DNA of 64,000 nt from the NCBI GenBank assembly GCA_050251815.1, contig JBFWMB010000006.1:16092-80091 (forward strand). Reading direction: 5' to 3'. Of this stretch, positions 61,324 through 64,000 are shown piece by piece. Within the stretch, counting starts at the first letter, position 1; the number at the start of each line of letters is the position of its first letter. Source of the stretch: Salinivirgaceae bacterium. Its GTDB lineage: Bacteria; Bacteroidota; Bacteroidia; Bacteroidales; SZUA-534. A program made the translations under genes and the position numbers. The notes beneath the pieces were generated by a model. The model did not search any database. It saw nothing but the letters and a program-made list of their open reading frames with translations, and was not told the origin of the DNA.

Positions 61324-61669
61324 TGCGCTGCATGATAACAACGCTTTTCATGGAACCTTTGCAGCTTGCAGCGCTTTGCATGGGGTAAACCAAACCCCGG
61401 GTTGACACCCGGGGCTATTATTGTAGCACCCCTTCGGGGTTTGATACCCTTTGCGGATCATAAGAAGCCGGTAATTCATGGCAAGCTTGCAGCGCTTTAT
61501 GCTTCGGAGCAAATTAATACTAGCGAGCTATAACTCCTTTGGGGTTTTAGCCCGAAAGGTCTGCTGCCAATTTGAACCTTGCCTCCCGGCTTCTGTATCA
61601 CTGAAAATCTGAATCACAGCATCACGGATGCCAGCCCGCCGTAAGGAGGTTTACCCCTACCACAACCGG

Positions 61670-61704
61670 GGCTGCAAACCGCTTACTGGTGGCTGATGAC
61701 TGCT
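61670..61704 (+). repeat. 35-bp direct repeat, copy 2
   Basis: Identical to 61289-61323, at a spacing of 381 bp. Confidence 0.9.
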
Positions 61705-61723
61705 AATCATTGATTGAATTAAA

Positions 61724-61814
61724 TAACCCGAAGGGTTAAACAACAATAGCCGTAGGTGCAACCTACGGATTAACGCACCTATCTAGCCCGGAACCCGGAA
61801 AGGGTTCAACCGGG
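61724..61814. other. Cluster of three consecutive short GC-rich hairpins
   Basis: TAACCC-GAA-GGGTTA (61724-61738). CCGTAGGT-GCA-ACCTACGG (61750-61768). GAACCC-GGAAA-GGGTTC (61791-61807), flanked by CCCGG/CCGGG. Confidence 0.7.
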
Positions 61815-61931
61815 AATAGGATAATATTTGATTGCAGATGTCCGATTAAGGATTTCAGATTTGGTTCCCAGCGAACTGATTGCTCATTTTTAATTGATAA
61901 TTATTAATTGTCAATTGCTCATTGCACACGA

Positions 61932-64000
61932 CTAATGCGCCTCGAGCCAGTTGCTACCCACGCCAAAGTCGACGGTTAACGGGACTTTCAGCAATACTGC
62001 CTGTTCCATTTCCCGTACAACCAGCACTTTTACCTCATCCAATTCTGTTTGCAGCACATCGAACACCAATTCGTCGTGTACCTGTAGTATCATTTTCGAT
62101 TTAAGCTGAGCTTTGTCGAGTGCCTTTTGCACGTTTATCATGGCAATCTTAATAATATCGGCGGCAGCACCCTGAATGGGGGCGTTAATTGCGTTGCGTT
62201 CGGCTGCCCCGCGCACAATGGCATTGCCCGAGTGAATGTCGGCCAGGTAACGCCGTCGCCCGAACAGGGTTTCAGCATAGCCTTTTTCGCGCACGGTACG
62301 GATGCTCTCGTCCATAAATTGTTTTACTCCGGGATAGCTGGCAAAATAGCTGTCGATAATATTCTTTGCCTCGCTGCGCGATATGTTCAGGTTTTGCGCC
62401 AGTCCAAAAGCGGATATGCCGTAGATAATTCCAAAGTTGGCTCCCTTGGCAAAGCTGCGTTGCTCTCGGCTCACCTCGCTTTGCGGAATACCAAAGATGC
62501 GGGCAGCGGTTGCAGCATGAATGTCTTCGCCCCGGGCAAAAGCTTCAATCATGTGTTCGTCGTTGCTCAGATGCGCCATCAGGCGCAGTTCAATCTGCGA
62601 ATAGTCGGCAGCAAACAGCACGTGCTTGGTATCGCTGGGAATAAAAGCTTTGCGTATCTCCCGTCCCCGTGCTTCGCGGATGGGAATGTTCTGCAGGTTG
62701 GGATTGTTCGAGCTAAGCCGTCCGGTGGCGGTAATGGTTTGATTGTACGAGGTGTGAATTTTTTCCGTTTGGGGATGCACCAACTGGGGCAAAGCCTCAA
62801 CATAGGTCGACACCAGCTTTTTAATGCTCCGGTATTCCAAAATCAGGGGAACAATCGGGTGTTTATCGGTAAGTTTTACCAACACCTCTTCGCCCGTAGC
62901 GTATTGCTTGGTTTTGGTCTTTTTGGCATCTGAAACAATACGCAGCTTTTCGAACAGGATATCGCCCAATTGCTTGGGCGATGCAATATTAAAAGTTTCG
63001 CCGGCCAGCTGGTAAATCTGCTGTTCCACTTCGGCCACCTCGCTATTAAGTTTTTCCGCGTAAGCGGCCAGCTGCTGCCTATCGAGTCTGACACCGGCGT
63101 ATTCCATGTCGGTTAATACGGGAATCAGGGGTACTTCAATCTCATGGAACAGACGGGTCAGGTTCCATTGTTCCAACTCTTTTTTTAGTTTGGGATACAG
63201 CCGGAAAGTAATATCGGCATCTTCGCAGGCATAATCCTTTACCTGCTCTACAGGAACCAGATCCATGGTACGTTGACCCTTCCCTTTTTTACCGATGAGT
63301 TCCTCGGTTTTGATGGTCTCGTAATTCAGGTAGCTTCGCGCCATATCGTCGAGGTTGTGGCGAAAATCGGGTTGAATCAGGTAGTGTGCAATCATGGTGT
63401 CGAAAAAGGGGCCGGCAAAGTGTACGCCGTAGTTTTTCATTACCTGCATGTCGTATTTCAGGTTTTGTCCAATTTTCAGTATGTCGGGATTGGTGAAAAA
63501 CGGAAGAAAGCGATCAACCACAGCCTGCGCTTCACTTTGTTCTTTGGGTACCGACACGTACCAGGCTTTGCCTTCGGCATTGGAAAAAGCCATGCCCACC
63601 AGTCGGGCCGAATGGATTTCGAGGGCTGTGGTTTCGGTATCGAAACACACTTCCTTACTCTGGAGCAGTATGTTAAGCAATTCATCCTGTTCTTTTTGAG
63701 AAACCACCAGCCGGTAGTCCACTTCAGTACTTGAAAACGAGGCTGTAGAAGGTTGGTTTACCGAGGCTGCTGCCGGAGCATCAAAAAGAGAGCCCTGTAC
63801 GGGAACTCCCGGGGCGGCTTTCTTCTCTTCGGGCTGTTCGCCGATAACCCGTGGTAAAAGGGTGCGGAACTCCAGCCGTTCAAACAGGGTTTTAATCTTT
63901 TCGGTATCGGGTTTTTCAACAATAAAAGTTGCGGCATCAAAGTCGATGGGAACCTTTGTTTCGATGGTCACCAATTCTTTCGACAAAAGAATCTGCTCCT
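61932..64000 (-). CDS. polA: DNA polymerase I (3' portion; the N-terminal 5'-3' exonuclease domain lies beyond the window end)
   Basis: The ORF is open to the window edge. Pol A family motifs are present: DYSQIELR (motif A), RSFAKGANFGIIYG (motif B) and QVHDELVF (motif C). A 3'-5' exonuclease-like region has the FDTETT motif. Confidence 0.97.
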   Translation of the reverse strand, partial: EQILLSKELVTIETKVPIDFDAATFIVEKPDTEKIKTLFERLEFRTLLPRVIGEQPEEKKAAPGVPVQGSLFDAPAAASVNQPSTASFSSTEVDYRLVVSQKEQDELLNILLQSKEVCFDTETTALEIHSARLVGMAFSNAEGKAWYVSVPKEQSEAQAVVDRFLPFFTNPDILKIGQNLKYDMQVMKNYGVHFAGPFFDTMIAHYLIQPDFRHNLDDMARSYLNYETIKTEELIGKKGKGQRTMDLVPVEQVKDYACEDADITFRLYPKLKKELEQWNLTRLFHEIEVPLIPVLTDMEYAGVRLDRQQLAAYAEKLNSEVAEVEQQIYQLAGETFNIASPKQLGDILFEKLRIVSDAKKTKTKQYATGEEVLVKLTDKHPIVPLILEYRSIKKLVSTYVEALPQLVHPQTEKIHTSYNQTITATGRLSSNNPNLQNIPIREARGREIRKAFIPSDTKHVLFAADYSQIELRLMAHLSNDEHMIEAFARGEDIHAATAARIFGIPQSEVSREQRSFAKGANFGIIYGISAFGLAQNLNISRSEAKNIIDSYFASYPGVKQFMDESIRTVREKGYAETLFGRRRYLADIHSGNAIVRGAAERNAINAPIQGAAADIIKIAMINVQKALDKAQLKSKMILQVHDELVFDVLQTELDEVKVLVVREMEQAVLLKVPLTVDFGVGSNWLEAH

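Noticed and set aside
60911-61408. 165-aa minus-strand ORF covering part of the repeat island
   Set aside because: It overlaps the 3' end and the terminator of the 245-aa gene on the other strand. Its sequence is R/S/T/K-rich and low-complexity. It runs through hairpin and repeat DNA and has no plausible promoter.

Overview
This 64-kb chromosomal window is from a Bacteroidota genome. Supporting evidence is a SusC/SusD pair, a T9SS C-terminal sorting domain, a PorX-type regulator, TAnnTTTG-type -7 boxes and the DUF4271-hemD-rnpA synteny. About 45 genes are mostly housekeeping: groES/groEL, secG, lptE, rplM-rpsI, rpsB-tsf, pyrH-frr, sdhCAB, rnpA, hemD and polA (5' end outside the window). Accessory content has three parts. 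(1) A 13-kb polysaccharide utilization locus at 461-13228 encodes a membrane-anchored propeller/Y_Y_Y/LuxR-HTH regulator, two GH30 hydrolases, SusD, SusC and a PKD-domain lipoprotein. (2) A T9SS-related cluster encodes a PorX-like REC-PglZ regulator, a stand-alone receiver and a PorW/SprE-like TPR lipoprotein. (3) A roughly 7.4-kb gene for a giant T9SS-secreted surface protein (lamin-tail domains and 8 cadherin-like repeats) is split by a single-nucleotide frameshift. The most unusual signals are non-coding. Two related arrays of strictly 22-bp-phased GGTACGTACC palindromes bracket the PUL. A strictly 41-bp-phased array of composite palindromes (TTCAG-N3-CTGAA core, covarying outer arms) lies in the divergent region between the adhesin gene and an orphan 245-aa gene. 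An approximately 820-bp hairpin- and repeat-dense non-coding island lies between that orphan gene and polA. No tRNA, rRNA, CRISPR array, transposase, integrase or recognisable defence genes were seen. All family calls come from motif recognition by eye, with no database search.
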